Below are positions 37,606 through 51,656 of a DNA stretch of 64,000 nucleotides, in pieces; the stretch's first letter is position 1, and each line of letters begins with the position of its first letter. The notes under the pieces are model-generated. The model was given only the letters and a program-made list of their open reading frames with translations. It had not been told where the DNA came from and did not search any database. A program made the translations under genes and the position numbers. The stretch is taken from contig OZ287757.1 in the NCBI GenBank assembly GCA_965649765.1, positions 11,718,001 to 11,782,000 of the forward strand, read 5' to 3'. Source of the stretch: Bispira polyomma (taxonomy: Eukaryota).

Positions 37606-38164
37606 TTGCATGTTAATATTATAAATGTTTTGTACACTAAACCCTTAACTTTCTATTCATTAAAAATGCCTTATAAACGATCATTAACAAATTTGCGAAT
37701 GATATAACCCAATAACTAAAACCACATCTTTAAATATAAATCTCGTGAGATTTCCTATAATATTTAATTTCTTGCACACCACATTTTTTCTATTTTTAAG
37801 TGACAGTTGATGGAACTCTTTTTGTTTAACTGGGTCTTTGAGAACCAATTTGCCAGTGTCAATGCTGCAGGTAGCCTGGGCTAAGGCCCATAAGTTATTT
37901 ATAACAATTTTTGGGGGGCGTGGTTTATAAGCATCTGGGGTTATAATATCGAACAACTAAAACTAAAATTTTACTTCCTTATACCCAAGTGCTATTCTCA
38001 AAAACAGGAGAAAACTTAAACACATATTTAACCTTAAAGATAAAGGTTGATTCTATGGCAAACTTAAGACAGTGAATTTTTTTGGAATAGTAATTTACTT
38101 ACGTAAATATATATGATGGTTCCGATACAGAAAATAGCAGTACAAAGCATAGGATGTTCACTTA

Positions 38165-38507
38165 GCCTACGCTTCCTTTCAGCATGTTTTTCTTGGCCGA
38201 CGTTGGCCGACATCGGTCTATTTCTTGGCTCATTACACAATACTACCAAGTGCTTCCTTTCAGCATATTTGCTACAGATCAGATCAGACGTCGGCCAACG
38301 TCTGTTGGGCTAACATATTTTATTTTTTAGGGAGGGGAAAATTCGGGGGGACTGTCAGATTTTTTAATAAAATATTAACAAAAAAAAAAATTTTTTTTTT
38401 ACATAGAATATTTCTGATGAAATGAAGCGATACATCTGACGATGTCGGATCGGCTTGGACACACGCAAATCGGCCAATGTTGGAATGTGTTGAAAGGAAG
38501 CGTAGGC
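38165..38507 (+). mobile_element. M2 MITE, intact (PIF/Harbinger-like)
   Basis: TIR gcctacgcttcctttca / tgaaaggaagcgtaggc; TTA TSD on both sides. Confidence 0.92.
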
Positions 38508-38683
38508 TTACTTGGATTCTAAGTAAGACATACTAAAGTATATAGGTTAATCTGGCTATGACTATGTGACCAAATATGTTTTGAAATATGTGCCAGTTCA
38601 AGTGTTCAAGTAGACATATGAGGCTTTCCAGTAGATCAGAAAATTTTTCTCCTTTAGAAAAAAACTGCCAAACATCACCTATT

Positions 38684-38892
38684 TACAGACGCCTATACAG
38701 ATCATATAAAAAAAATTATCTCGTAAGTACAAGATAGTGCTATGTAGTAATTACGAGATAGTGCTATGTCATAATTACAAGATAGTGCTATGTTGTAATC
38801 ATGAGATATATGTTAATATTACGAGGTATAAGTCATAATTACGAGGTATATGTAAAATAGTATTTTAGGTTTGACCTCTATAGGCTTACGTA
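38684..38892. mobile_element. Small TIR element with an internal ~22-bp minisatellite
   Basis: tacagacgcctatacagatca ... tgacctctataggcttacgta; repeats of taattacgagatagtgctatg. Confidence 0.6.
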
Positions 38893-39189
38893 GGCATTCA
38901 ACTCCACCCAATATGTTTACTTCATGCAAAGTTGAGCCTGCCCTGTATTATTGACCCTTTTCAATTGTTTTGAACAAAATTTTGGTTTTAGCATTCCTTT
39001 TTTTCAGGGAATATATTGTGCCTCTGACAAATTCGATTTACAAAGAATAGAAGCTTCGCAAAACTTTCTTGCATATAAAAGCCTTGAAACCAGGCTAGTT
39101 TTTTACAGAATGAAAAATGATGGAGTGTGCTAGATCTCAATTGATGAAATCCTCTCCACTTGACAAGTCATCTGTCAGTCTGTAGATAG

Positions 39190-39810
39190 CAGGGAATGAG
39201 CTATCACTCAAAACATCAACTGAGTACAGTAAACTATGTAAAATATGTCTGGGTGTGAATTGGCTGACTCATGGATACAGTAACGTATCTCAAATCTGGA
39301 TGTGAATATATACTACTCATAATAGCAATAATTGAACCATTTGTAAAGCGCCAAATTGATGAGAATATGCTCTGAGCTGCTAAACATCCACTAAGGTGCA
39401 CTGACCTAGAGGGAATGAACTATTAGTCAAAACTTTCGACTGGCAACAACAAACTTTAAAATAAGTCTGTGTGTGGCATAGCTGACTATTGGTGCTGTAG
39501 GGAATTAACCATCACTCAAAACATTAACTAGCTACTGTAAACTTTATAATACATCTTTGTGTGTCACTAACAACTCATGCTTCTGGAGAGAGGGAATAAA
39601 ACATGAGTGAACATGTAAACTGGCTGCAGTAATCTATATAATATATGTCACAGTGAGAAATATCTGACCTATGATACTGGAGGGAATGACATGTCGGTTC
39701 AAAAACATCAACTGGCTATAGTGACTCTCTAAAATAGGCCTAGTGTGAAATATTTGACTAATAGTAATGAGACATCAGTTACAAACATCAGTTGCATGAA
39801 GTAAACTCTC
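39190..39810. repeat. Diverged ~90-bp tandem repeat
   Basis: Units start agggaat at about 39190, 39409, 39499, 39591 and 39681, each with caaaacat..actg..gtaaact..tgtg..ctgact. Confidence 0.7.
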
Positions 39811-39881
39811 TTAAATATTTCAAACTAACTGCCCCCAGAGGCCATGGTGGCCTTGTGGTTACACGTCCGTTCGTTCCTTTA

Positions 39882-40456
39882 TGTCCTGGTCACACCTACA
39901 CGTTCTAGAGTACGTCTGTGTCACGTGTTAATTTTGGAAACGTTTTGAAACGTAGTAGGAAGTGAGGCTCCCTGGTGTGTTCATTCCGTGACGATGATTA
40001 ATGGATGGTATCGTTCCGGGAAATGTCTCCGTTTCGTCTTCTGTGTGTAGTGTTTCAAACTGTTTGAAACACTACAGTCACAGCTTCTGTCTCTGCCTGT
40101 TTCTCTGTTCGTCCCCGAAAGTTTCCGAAAGTAGCATAGACATAACAGTAAGTAGCTCTACTTAGTAGTAGGTAGCGAGGAAGTAGCAGAACGAAGCAGA
40201 ACGCACCAGTAAGTAGAAGTTCGTAGCTGTACATAGTAGTAGGTAGTGATATCCCACCAGTAAAGGGTCCATTTTTTGTCCCCTCTTCGTGTGTACAAGT
40301 ACCAACATCGTCACGGAACATCATGAAATGTCACAAAACGTCACAATTTCCTCTCCCCCCTTTATGAAAATGACATCACTTTGACAAGAAGCACTACGTT
40401 TTCAGTTTATATTGATTTGTTACGTTATGGAATGTGAGCATGTGTAGGTGTGACCA
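39882..40456 (+). mobile_element. M1 MITE inserted into a SINE B
   Basis: Homologous to 8601-9244; SINE B head at 39838-39881 and body/tail at 40460-40565 flank it. Confidence 0.85.
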
Positions 40457-41513
40457 TTTCATTATATGGAAAAGTGTGCTGTACTTCTGTGGTATTTAGT
40501 ACTTCAGCATTGTATTCTTCCGACATTTAATCTGGCCATTGTGGTGTGACTTATGCTGTTGAAAAAAAACGTATTATTATAGGAGAAGTTTTTAAGTGAT
40601 GTCAAACATCCAAAATTGTTGTAGTGATGTGCACAATTTATTTAGGAGGGCAAATTTTCTGTATTTTACTGTTACACAAAGAAATCCGTCTTGTTTGTTC
40701 TCCCCACTTCAAGTCTATCCAAGTGATTTGTCTGGGAAATGAGAGCATTGAGTTCTTAACAGGGAGAACTTCCCATATTTGGCAAGTTGACACTAAATTT
40801 ATTGGAATTTCATAACTCGTGCTTTGAATACCAAAAAACGGTTCACCTTTGTAAAGTTTGCTATTATTCCACCAATTTGGTGTGTCATGGACATGGATAA
40901 TGTAACTAGTATAGTTCTATCTTCTGTTAAAAATAAGCAAGTCAGCAAAACAAATAATGCAACAATTTGAGTAAACTCAATGAAATACTATAATATTACC
41001 TATTATTCTATGTTACAGTTATTTCATTGTTATTTTATTGTTGTTTCATAGTTATAGCTATGTTAAAGCTGATAACAGAACTTAATATATTATTTTGAAA
41101 GATGTTAATGTACTCATCATACCGCAAAATAGAACCACCATCTCCTAATTACCTATCACCTTTCTGCATGATATATCTCCTACTACAGTAAGAAATATGT
41201 CAAAACTAAAAACAAATTTTTGATTGAGCATTAAAATACAGGCACAAATTTACAATATTTGAGAAGTTTACTGGAATGTTTTGTCCAATCATCAATATGT
41301 AAATTAAAATTTCACTGAAAATTATTCACTGTTATCCAAATTCATTAGCTAAATAAAATCACAATGTCAATTTTAAAATACCAAGGTCAAAATTAATTTC
41401 AAGTAGCTTTTGCACTTCATGAACTGTAACATAAAATGAGTTTTAGTTCAAATATCAATGCAAGTTCAATTGGTCACTGGGAATTAATTCAATATCCCAA
41501 TTCAGTAGGTATA

Positions 41514-41852
41514 TACGAAGCTCTCCTGCTGCCATAGACAAAAATATTTTTGCCAATTAAATCGTTATAACAATTTAATTAAATCATTATAATGGATTAC
41601 TAAATCGTTCTAACAATTAAATTAAATTGTTATAATGATTTAGTAATCCGTTCTGACAATTTATTAAATCATTATAAGGGATTACTAAATTGTTATAACA
41701 ATTTAATTAAATCATTAAAACGATTTAAAAAAAAAACTGTCTTTTTAAATTGTTATAACGATTTAGTAATCCATTATAACAATTTAATTAAATTGTTATA
41801 ACGATTTAATTGGCAAAAATATTTTTGTCTATGGCGGCAGGAGAGCTTCGTA
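41514..41852. mobile_element. Foldback-like palindromic MITE
   Basis: tacgaagctctcctgctgccatagacaaaaatatttttgccaattaaatcgttataac mirrored almost perfectly at the right end; interior built from ~21-bp units. Confidence 0.9.
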
Positions 41853-42052
41853 GCTATATATGAATTCACAATGATAATTTAAAAGTACAAAGCTAAAATT
41901 AAATTCCAGGTTAAAGTTTAGAAACATATAAATTATCTATTGACCTGATTGTTTGGCCATTGCTAATTCTTGCTTGCACACTTCTTACGTCAATATCATT
42001 TTTTGTGTTGTCAATGTGTGATTTTGGCCCTTAAAATAGAAGGTCTTATAAT

Positions 42053-42200
42053 TTGAATTTAATTAGGTTTTACATCGATTTCAACAGCTTAGTTCATATC
42101 CCGTTGGCCACATCCAATCGTGGAATAAATCAGTGACCAAACAGAATTCAAACCCACATTGGTGACTTGAAGCAGGTGCTTCCAACAACTAAGCTACCGC
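42053..42200 (-). mobile_element. SINE family B (internally deleted)
   Basis: ttaggttttacatcgatttcaacagcttag tail; attcaaacccacattggtga head. Confidence 0.5.
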
Positions 42201-44829
42201 TTACAAAACTGTTGGGGTATTATCAAGTTTTCGCCACTCAATTTTATAATACTTGTGGCAAAAAGATACATATATTGCTGTTCAAGGCAAGGTTTTGAGT
42301 TAAATTTCTGTTTTCTTTTTGCATAAAATGTCAGTGTATATATTCAGAACAAAAGAACTTGTCAAAAATAAATTCAACTGAAAGTGTTTTCAATAAAAGG
42401 TGGGAAATATTTTACAACACCAGTATTGACAAGAAATTCAAATATGGTACTGTTCACAAAAACTTTTGTCTGCAAAAAGTCTTTGGTCCTTCAAAGTCAA
42501 TTGTGAGAACATGATTTTGTCATGTGTAACACTCAGTATATGTCTATGTATAAAATATATCTGTATATATGAAAAAATAAATAAAAATATATTTAAAAAA
42601 AACTAAGCCACCGCACCCCCTCGGAATCTCTTAGACTTGCAACAAAACTGATAGCATAATTGGGATGAGAATGGGTTCAGTTAAGACTGACTGTCATAAT
42701 AAACAGCAAAAACCTCATGTGTGCCAATAAAACTCAGACAAACCGACGAATTCAAACCCCTCGTTACAATTTATATCCCCCAGAGAAATTTATGCAGAGG
42801 GAAAAAATACAGCATCTATTTTGTCTGTAGCAGTAAATATACTATTCTATCAACAAGGTGCGGGTTATTTTTGGGCAGGAGGGGAAGAAAAAGGTGTATT
42901 TATAGCAATGTGTTTGCAAAAAAGGGCAAATAGAAATACCTATAATGTCTTACTTATCTTTTGACATACATATACATGTATAGTCTACCATATTAAAACC
43001 TTAGCTATGCACATCTTTTTTGGTTCATGTTGTCAGTTTTGCATATAGTTTGGAAACACATGAAGATAAATATAATAACATATAAGATTTATTACATCCA
43101 CTTATACAACATAAGGTCATTTTAAATGCGCTTCCTCATGGGCAGCCACTATGGGCACTGAGGCTTGAATAGAAAACAAATCGTTGTTTATTTTGTTTTT
43201 CCAAGATAAAAAGTTTAACAATACATTTTGACAAAGCAGTGTTTTAATTTTATAGCCAAACTATCTTAATAGCAATATATTTAATGTATTGTAATTAATT
43301 TTTGGTCGAGTTATATAAACAGACAATTTATGAGCATTTATTAATCTATTTTTGATCATATAATGGAAAAATCCTGTTATTTATTTTACAGCATAAATAG
43401 CTCAACACAACAGATTTTAAACAAGCACAATTTTAATCAGTAATGTGGATATATATTGTAATTGATAGTTGTTTTTCATCGATTTCTTAAATAATCCTAA
43501 TAAATAAACATCTGTAATAACTTAGGGGTAACTTTAGTATGTACCATTTTTTGTTTTCGTTTGGGTCGTAAACTAACTGAACACACTGGAAGATGAAAGG
43601 TTTATGGTAAGGCCCACTTTTTAGATGAATTTCTTTTTTACAAAGTCTGCCTGTCAGGTTGGCTGTATTAAGTAAAATAAAGTTTTCACTGATTTACCCT
43701 TTTTTGAAAGGTTTACTGGGGAATTATCTCTTTTCCCTATTGGCTATTGTTTTAGTTAAAATATGGATACAAGATTAAAATTGTTTCACTGAGAAAATTA
43801 ATTGTCACCATCCTAAAACACAAAGCCACAGATGAAATATATTCCTGGTGAACATAGTTCTAATTCCAGGGTAACTAAAACGTACCCCACAGAAAAACAT
43901 GGTGATCAATTAACACAGTGTGAGGTGAATATCTTTTGTGTACTGGAAAAGATGACCTAGTGCTCTGAGATATTTACAATCTGAAAATGTGAAATTTAAA
44001 AAATAATAACACATCATTCTGTTGTGTTTTTTAAAACAAGTAAGTATAAAATATGTGACTTAAGTTTTCTCTTAAACCCAAAAGTGTTGGCATCAAACCT
44101 GAGATCAACTAGGAGTTTTTTTCATAAAATGAGGGGGCAGTAACTTAGAAATCCCTAGATGCAACCCTTGTGATGAGTCTGAGAGAATAAACTGCATGAC
44201 AACTCTTTATGGTTGATCAAATACAAAAGAGGAAGCCATGTAAGCTAAAATGATTTTGCTTATAACCTGTGATGTTAAAAATACTCATTGATAAAGTTCT
44301 CTTACTTAATTTTTCAGTGCTAATTGCACTTGTTTAAAATGTCAGCAACAATCATACATTATACTACAAGTAATCGTCATCATTTTTGACATACATAAAC
44401 ATACATAAATATGTAATTATTATCAGTGATGGAATCGGAAGACACATATCCCATCAAACTGCCATAGTAATAGCAAATGCACTCTTAAGCAATCGATTGG
44501 ACTATTGCAATTAGTAGACTAAAGAAGGACCGCCTACCTATCAAGCACTGCATAATTTTCAAGGTCAGTGTTACTACATACAAAGCTGTAAAACTTTGTC
44601 AGCCCCCATATCTTGTCTCGTTGTTTGTCTTTCAAAGAGAGAACACTGGCATATATCCCTAACCTATACACATGTATATACGAATGGTTGGAATATTAAC
44701 TGGAACTTTTTTGTCTGTGATAAAACAGTCGAGCACATGATTTATTTTTTTTTCTTAAAGTCAGTTAAAAGTTTCGAAGTACTCAGCCTCTCCATGAATT
44801 ACAATCATAGTAACACCCCTAAAAGGTTA

Positions 44830-45110
44830 AACTTATATTGTATTATGCATTTTTAATGTGCCTTATTGATGCATCTTCTGAAGTGTCCTAAAAACCTAGC
44901 CATAAGGAAGGAAATTGGGGGTTACAAAAGAGGGAACTAAGGGGAATGTCTGAGTTTGAAGAGGTAGGTTTAATGTTTTTAAAGATCTAAACTGAACTGG
45001 GAGACCATTCCACAACATAGAGGCAGCAACAGAGGAGGCTTTATATCCAGCCCTCTTTGTTGGTTTTACAGAGGACACATATAGTATCGTTTATGTCTTT
45101 TGCTTGCTAA
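44830..45110 (-). mobile_element. L2-a 3' fragment
   Basis: ORF 44896-45078 SSVKPTKRAGYKASSVAASMLWNGLPVQFRSL. Confidence 0.8.
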
Positions 45111-45155
45111 AGGTAAAGTACTCACATGTCTTGGAAATTGTCAGCAGTCATTTTT

Positions 45156-45397
45156 TGTTGTCCCCTTTGGCCTAGTGGTTAGGGAGTTGGTCTGCTGATC
45201 AGAAGGTCCTGGGTTCTATTCCCAGTACCGGCTGCTAGTTTCATTAGTGGGATAACATCTTTTGGCAAGATGTAACTACAAGATTGCATATTGGCTCGGA
45301 TGACCACTTAAAATGGTGGTCCTCTGTCATTGGGTCCTAACTCCAGTGGTAGGCTAAAGATCCTTAGAGACGTTGATAAATGGTCATCCTCAAGCCT
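45156..45397 (+). mobile_element. SINE family C, 3'-truncated
   Basis: tggcctagtggttaggg A box, gggttctattcc B box, Deu/Nin-like domain. Confidence 0.85.
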
Positions 45398-45749
45398 CTT
45401 TCTTCAGTTAGGGGAATGACAGTGACTATATACGTTAAGTATAAATCTGATTAAAGTAATTACGAGAGACAAATAAACCTCAACAAGACCAGACAAAATT
45501 TTTCATTAAGAATCATTGTTTTCTTTTTTTACAAACAAAAAAATTGCAGTATTAGGTTATAGTAAGTAATATATCTACATAACATAGCAAGCTATTTGAG
45601 TATTAACCAATTTTCCGCTGAAACAAAACGTAAATTAGGTGAATCTCACTTTTGCTTGAAGTAAGTGAAAATGTATTTAGCTTCCCATGGAAAGATAGGT
45701 ATAATAACATCCCTGGGACGCAATTAATGGGAGATGGTTGATTAATATA

Positions 45750-46053
45750 ATATTGTATTATATATTACCAACTCGCTTTATTGATGCGAGGCATCTTCTA
45801 AAGTGCAACAACCGAAGCAAAAAAACAATAATGTGTCATACAACGCATATAAATACTTTCTGGTTTTAGGAAAAAGCTTAAAACATATCACTTCAAACTC
45901 TCCTACCCCCCTTATAGTTCCCTCTCTTCACACATTCACATCTTTTCTTATAACCTTAGCTATGTTTTTTTTTACTTCTTTGTTAGTAAACTGATTCCGT
46001 TGTTGCGCCTTAGAAGATGCCTCGGCGTGTAAAAATCCAAAATGGGATACAAT
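45750..46053. mobile_element. Two back-to-back L2-a tail fragments (- at 45750-45835, + at 45855-46053)
   Basis: gatgcgaggcatcttctaaag on - and gcgccttagaagatgcctcgg on +. Confidence 0.7.
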
Positions 46054-46385
46054 AGCCTGTGTTTTCATCAATGGGCAAGAGCATGTTCATATCTTGCCCA
46101 CAGATGTTATCATACTAAATAACCTAGTGGCATCAGCAGGAGTTTGAATCAGAGATCTTCTGATCACCAGACCAACTCTCTAACCAAAATGATTAAATTT
46201 TACTAATAAATGTCAGTTTTAATATTAATTTTGTGAAAGAAATCAATATCACTGGTGAGATATCGGTTTACATAATTTTATCAGTGAGAGTTTTCAGATG
46301 AATTCTTTGCTTGATTTTATGCTGCATGTCACTCTATCAACATGGTCAAAATATCAAGAATAGTAATATGTTTGTTGACCTATAA

Positions 46386-46715
46386 GCCTGGATGTCTTTT
46401 TAGCAGATTCCTATGTCGGCTGATTTATTAATATCTGAGCCGATCCAACATGAGCCAATGTAGCAGTTCCTTTCATCCGATATGTACTAAATATGTTATT
46501 ATAAAATTTTTTCTTTCTTATTTTTTGTTCAAAAATTAGACAGACCTCCCAATTTTTTTTCGCTCCCAAACCGATAAAATATGTTGGCCCAACAGATGTC
46601 TGCTGACGTTTGATCTGATCCGCTGCAAATATGATAAAAGGAAGCACTTGGTTATGTTTTGTAATGACCGATAAAATTGTCGGCCGAGAAAAACATGCTT
46701 AAAGGAAACCCAGGC
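46386..46715 (-). mobile_element. M2 MITE
   Basis: TAA TSD on both sides; reverse homolog of 38165-38507. Confidence 0.85.
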
Positions 46716-47974
46716 TAAGCCATTCCAAGGTGTCAACCGTAATGACCCATTATATGTGTGCATAATATAAAAAGCCTAACATTACTCTAATGAAGCACCA
46801 ATAGCAAACAGGAGTTGGCTGTTAAAAGTAACTGTCGGACGGTGGGAAATACATAAACGTTAATATTGCTACTATATACTGACACAAATCTGACAACCCT
46901 AAGTTTGGATGGATCAATTGCGTCCAACCAGTCTATGAAGGCCTTACATATTATCTCTAACATGATAGTACCTTTTTTCATTGAGGCACCTTTTTCCCCC
47001 CCCCAAAAAAAACAGTGTGCAAAGGTTATAATTTGTCCCTAAAAGCCAGGTCACACCTACACGTGCTGGAGCTACATGTGTGCGACATTTTCAAATGATT
47101 TGAAATAATTGTGGCAGAGCATGTAAGAGCAAAATTAAGTAAGAGTCTCATATAGGATACCGCCTTGCTAGGCCCAAGCTGGTCTTTAAAACCTAGGTCA
47201 TCTGTGTTCCTAAATGGGTATGATACCTACTCGGTATATTATCTCAACAGTTGTGAAGTAACATTTAGCAGGATGGCACACTGTTCTCCACAGTACTGTA
47301 ATAAAGAAATCAATCTTGTCAATGGATTCCATCCTTCACACCAATTTTAATGATTTGTCTAAAATGCTTAATTTTGTTCTACAAACTTAGTTGTTGTATG
47401 TTTATATGCTGAAACAGCCAAAACTTTTAACACTGTATGTAGTAGTAACACGTTTTAGGTATAATGGGCTCATTTCAACAAAAAAATAAAGGTTTATTAT
47501 TCAAGAATATGAATAAAATACTTAAACGTGTGTTTTATGCACATTTTAAGGGGTTGAATTAATCAATCTTTTAAAATGCGCATAAAAGACCAGTTTTATT
47601 TTATTTCTGTAATATACAATTTCATATCTCATCCATGTTGTTTACAAAATATTTTTGTTTCACATGCACACACTCACCCCATTGCACTTAGCAGGGCCCT
47701 GTTATGCTATTTTGGACAAAGTTATTTTCTGCTTTTGGTACAAAATTGCCACCAAAATAACGGCTGCATATGTCTGCAATCAAAGCAGGTTGAATTTGAC
47801 CCAAGTGAATCCAGTACAAAGATGTAAATTATAACAAGAAAAACATCAACAACAAAACAGAATTTGTTTAAGTTCTCGGATGTGGCATGATGACTTTGTT
47901 GTTCTCAAATGATTTGGTGTTATGATGTACTCCGCATACCTAAGATGGACTTAAAGTGTCATAATTATATAATG

Positions 47975-48293
47975 TACTGTATTTTGCATTTGAACACGCC
48001 TAATGGATGCCTTATTGATCAAATCACCAATTGACAAGTCCAAAATCATAACATGTCACAAGGAAGGAAGTGGATGTGTATAGGAAGGAAAACTAAGAGG
48101 AGAAGGCGAGTTTAAAGAATAGGTGTTCTCCTAAACCCAGAAAGTTTTTCCAGTGATCTAAGCTCAATGGTGACACTATTCCATAACATGGGGAAAACCA
48201 TTGAGGTTTACGGGAAACAGAAAACGTGTTTCCTCCTTCGAGGTTACTGAGGAAAAGACGAGTAGCAAGGTAAGCGGGGTTGTTCAGAGACAT
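47975..48293 (-). mobile_element. L2-a 3' fragment
   Basis: ORF 48093-48293 PAYLATRL..GNTFSVS matches 2027-2308. Confidence 0.75.
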
Positions 48294-48469
48294 CAGCTAA
48301 ATCGAGGTTAACTCAAAATCAACCTTTTTCAAAACTAATTTTTCCCGGTTACATGTCCAGCTACAGTAAAATATATAATTGATTATGATGACGGTATAGT
48401 CTTTTTATAGAGCATTATACTATTTATCATACTGAATGCATTCACAAAACATGTTTTAAACATCTGTCG

Positions 48470-49110
48470 ATCATGTTGCTGCAACATCTGAGATTTCCAT
48501 AGTATTCCTTGACACCTAATTCTGGGAAATACTGTTGCAGCTGCAATTGCCTTAGTAGCAAGTCGGCTTGAAAACTACAACTTACTACTGTATGGAATCG
48601 GACAGGGGCAAATAAACAAGCTGCAGAAAATTCAAAACAATCTATGCAGAATTGTATGCCATGCTGGTCCGCGCTTACACACAACACCTCTGCTTCCAAA
48701 ATTACACTGGGTACCTAATGGGTATCAAATTTAAGGTAAATATCTTAATTTGTAAAACAGTCCATTGCAGTAACCTGCCTACTTATCATCAATGTTGTCT
48801 ATTAGCAATTTCACCAGAGTCTCTCCACTTGTAGTTTCTTACCTAAAATCTGGCTGGTTCAAAATCATTCAAAGTTACAGCACCTGCTGAGTGGAATAAT
48901 CTCCTTAATAGTCTTTGCACTAAGACAAGGATTACACTCTTAGGAAAACGCTTAAAACACATTTGTGTCAACTCATTTTCTCTGCCTTAACTTTCATCTC
49001 CTGATCATCACTGAACTTTGATCACAAACCTTTATTCTCCCATTGATTGGATTCATTCTTACTGATTGGGATGTGCACCATAGAGGATGCCTGGTCATTA
49101 ATAGAAGTAA
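48470..49110 (+). mobile_element. L2-c fragment (end of RT to tail)
   Basis: LLYGIGQGQINKLQKIQNNLCRIV..LPKLHWVP; AGSKSFKVTAPAEWNNL; tail gatgtgcaccatagaggatgcctggtcat. Confidence 0.8.
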
Positions 49111-50003
49111 AACATTAAATTTAACTAGGATGGTTATTTGCATCATAGAAGATAATCTATAATATTAAATACACAAGTGTTGTTACAGTTTTGTGCACTT
49201 TCTAGGCCAATGTTGTTAGTACTGATGGAAACCTCCATACAGACACCAGTAACCTGATATTGTTTTCTTAAAGTTCCCAACTTTATATTTACAAAATTTA
49301 TTTTTTTGGGGGTTTTAACAGAAATTGCCTTCTTCGAACTAATTTCATATATAAATAGGTCAGAGTATGTGTTTAAAATCATGTCTTTATGACGTCAGTT
49401 CCCCCCCCCCCCCCATAACCATTTCTTTCATCATTAACTGATGCTATATAAGATGTATGCTCTCTTTATATATCTAATTTCAGTTCACTACAAGTTATTT
49501 TTATATTCTCACATGTGAACTCTCTCGTAATTCACAAGTAGCTGAAAGGGTCTAGCAATTTTATAAACAGCACTATTTATTTATATTTCCAGGTAAAAGT
49601 ATAATAAAGAATCTATCTCTCTACCATGCACGTGGCAATATGGATAGCTAGGTTATAAATAGTGTAAAGTTTTGGCGTTTGGCCACATGAATAAGGAAGC
49701 CCTTTGCTTGGGGACATAAGTGCAATAAGATGAAAGCGTTTAAATTAGACTGACTGCAATGCACCGACAAAACTGACAGTGATGTGCCAATTGAACTTGG
49801 ACAAACCCTCAAGTTTACAGCATTTGTCTGCCCATTAACAAGATATCCTCATGGAAATTAGGGCTGGGGAAGGCAAGACAGACCTTTACTTGCTTCAGCA
49901 ATGAGATCTAGGGGTAATTTGGAAGACATTTTGTTGTTATTTCATAGCTGTCTGCATATATATGAATATAACAGCTTAATGTTTAGCTATGTCTTTGGTA
50001 ATA

Positions 50004-50006
<3 letters not shown>

Positions 50007-50070
<64 letters not shown>
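50007..50070. repeat. (AT)n microsatellite, about 32 units
   Basis: Direct reading. Confidence 0.97.
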
Positions 50071-50072
<2 letters not shown>

Positions 50073-51320
50073 TATTTGAGCTCAGACTAATACATTTAAA
50101 TTAAATTTTTAAGTGGGTATTTATGTGTACTGTTTCAATAATGATGATATTTTTGTTTGTTTCCCTTGATTAACTAATTGATAATGTGATCATCGCTATA
50201 AAATAAATTATTTCATAAGTTTCATATACAAAGACACAATAATTACTAAAAAGTAACTGCTATCAAACAGTTACATACTGATACATCTAATACAAATTTC
50301 ATTGGTACTTTACCAATAAGGGGACATATGACACAAATAATATATGTTACATACATGAGAGCATTATGTAAGATAAGCACCTTGAAAGTAAAGTAAGAGT
50401 ACATCCTCATTGTAATTAGGATTACCCTAAACCCCAAATTGTAGGGGGTAGACAGAGAAACACGTTTAATGGGATCTGAAACTATGTAAAGCCACACTAT
50501 CAGAATGATGGGGAGACAGGGTACTAGAAAAACGGTAGACCGAGTTCTATGCCACCTTTACATGGCTTTTGTAGCCACCCGTGATGGAGCGGGTACCATT
50601 ACCAAAAAATAAAAAATCTGATACGACAGTTTATCAAATCAACCACACTGGGTAATAAAAGTGCTGTAAAATACAAAATATCAATAAAATAGTACTACAG
50701 CTATGTTTCAATATATAAATAACCACATTTTACATACTTTTTGTGGTAGGTTCTTAATTTCGAAGATATTTCATAGAATCAAATTTAATTTCTGCCTCAA
50801 AGTAAGCATGGAAGTCAATAATAAGACACTAATAATAATAAACTAATTGGTGGCTGTAGCCTGCGTAAAACTACTGATGTTACAATGATAAACTCAATGT
50901 GTACATAACATTTCCTGTCTGGCAGCCCAGACCCAAAACACAACTGAATTCTAGAAAATGAAAAAATAATTATATCCTAGTGTATTTCATGTTGTGGTAA
51001 AAAATAAAGATCTTCCCAGGATGAGGTATTCAGAATGCAATTTTCTAGCGATATAAGCTTAACTGGGCGACTGTTCCATAAATTAAGGGCAGTGACTAAG
51101 AAGAACGCTCAAAATCCAGCCCTCTAGGTGGGTTTAACAGAGGAGACTCTCTTGAGGTTACGGAAGGAGTGGCAAGTCAGGAGGGCTCAATAGGAGTAGA
51201 GTGTCACCAGCGAACTATATTTGCTTGAATTAGTATTATACTGCTTGCTGACAGACATAGGCTCTGGTAGTAACAAAATACTGTTGCTAGTGAATAAGCT
51301 AGAACTGAAAAGGGTTAATA

Positions 51321-51656
51321 TGAAATGAAATAGTACATTTGTTATAGTGCACTTACAGAACACAGTGTCCTTTCAAATGTGCTTCCTCATGGGCAGCCAC
51401 TATGGCCGCCGAGGTGCTTGAGGATGACCATTTATCAAAGTCCCCAAGGATCTTTAATCTGCCACTGGATATATTAGTTTGTGCCAGATGACTGCCATTT
51501 TAAGTGGTCACCTGACCCACTAGGCAAACTTGTGCTCACATTTTGCCTAAGGATGTTATCCCACCAAATGAAACTAGCGGTCGGTGCCGGGAATAAAACC
51601 CGGGACCTTCTGATCATCAGATCAACACCCTAACAACGAGACCACGGGGAATCACA
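51321..51656 (-). mobile_element. SINE family C, full length
   Basis: Reverse complement of the 10639-10981 family, with (TTTCA)n tail. Confidence 0.9.
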
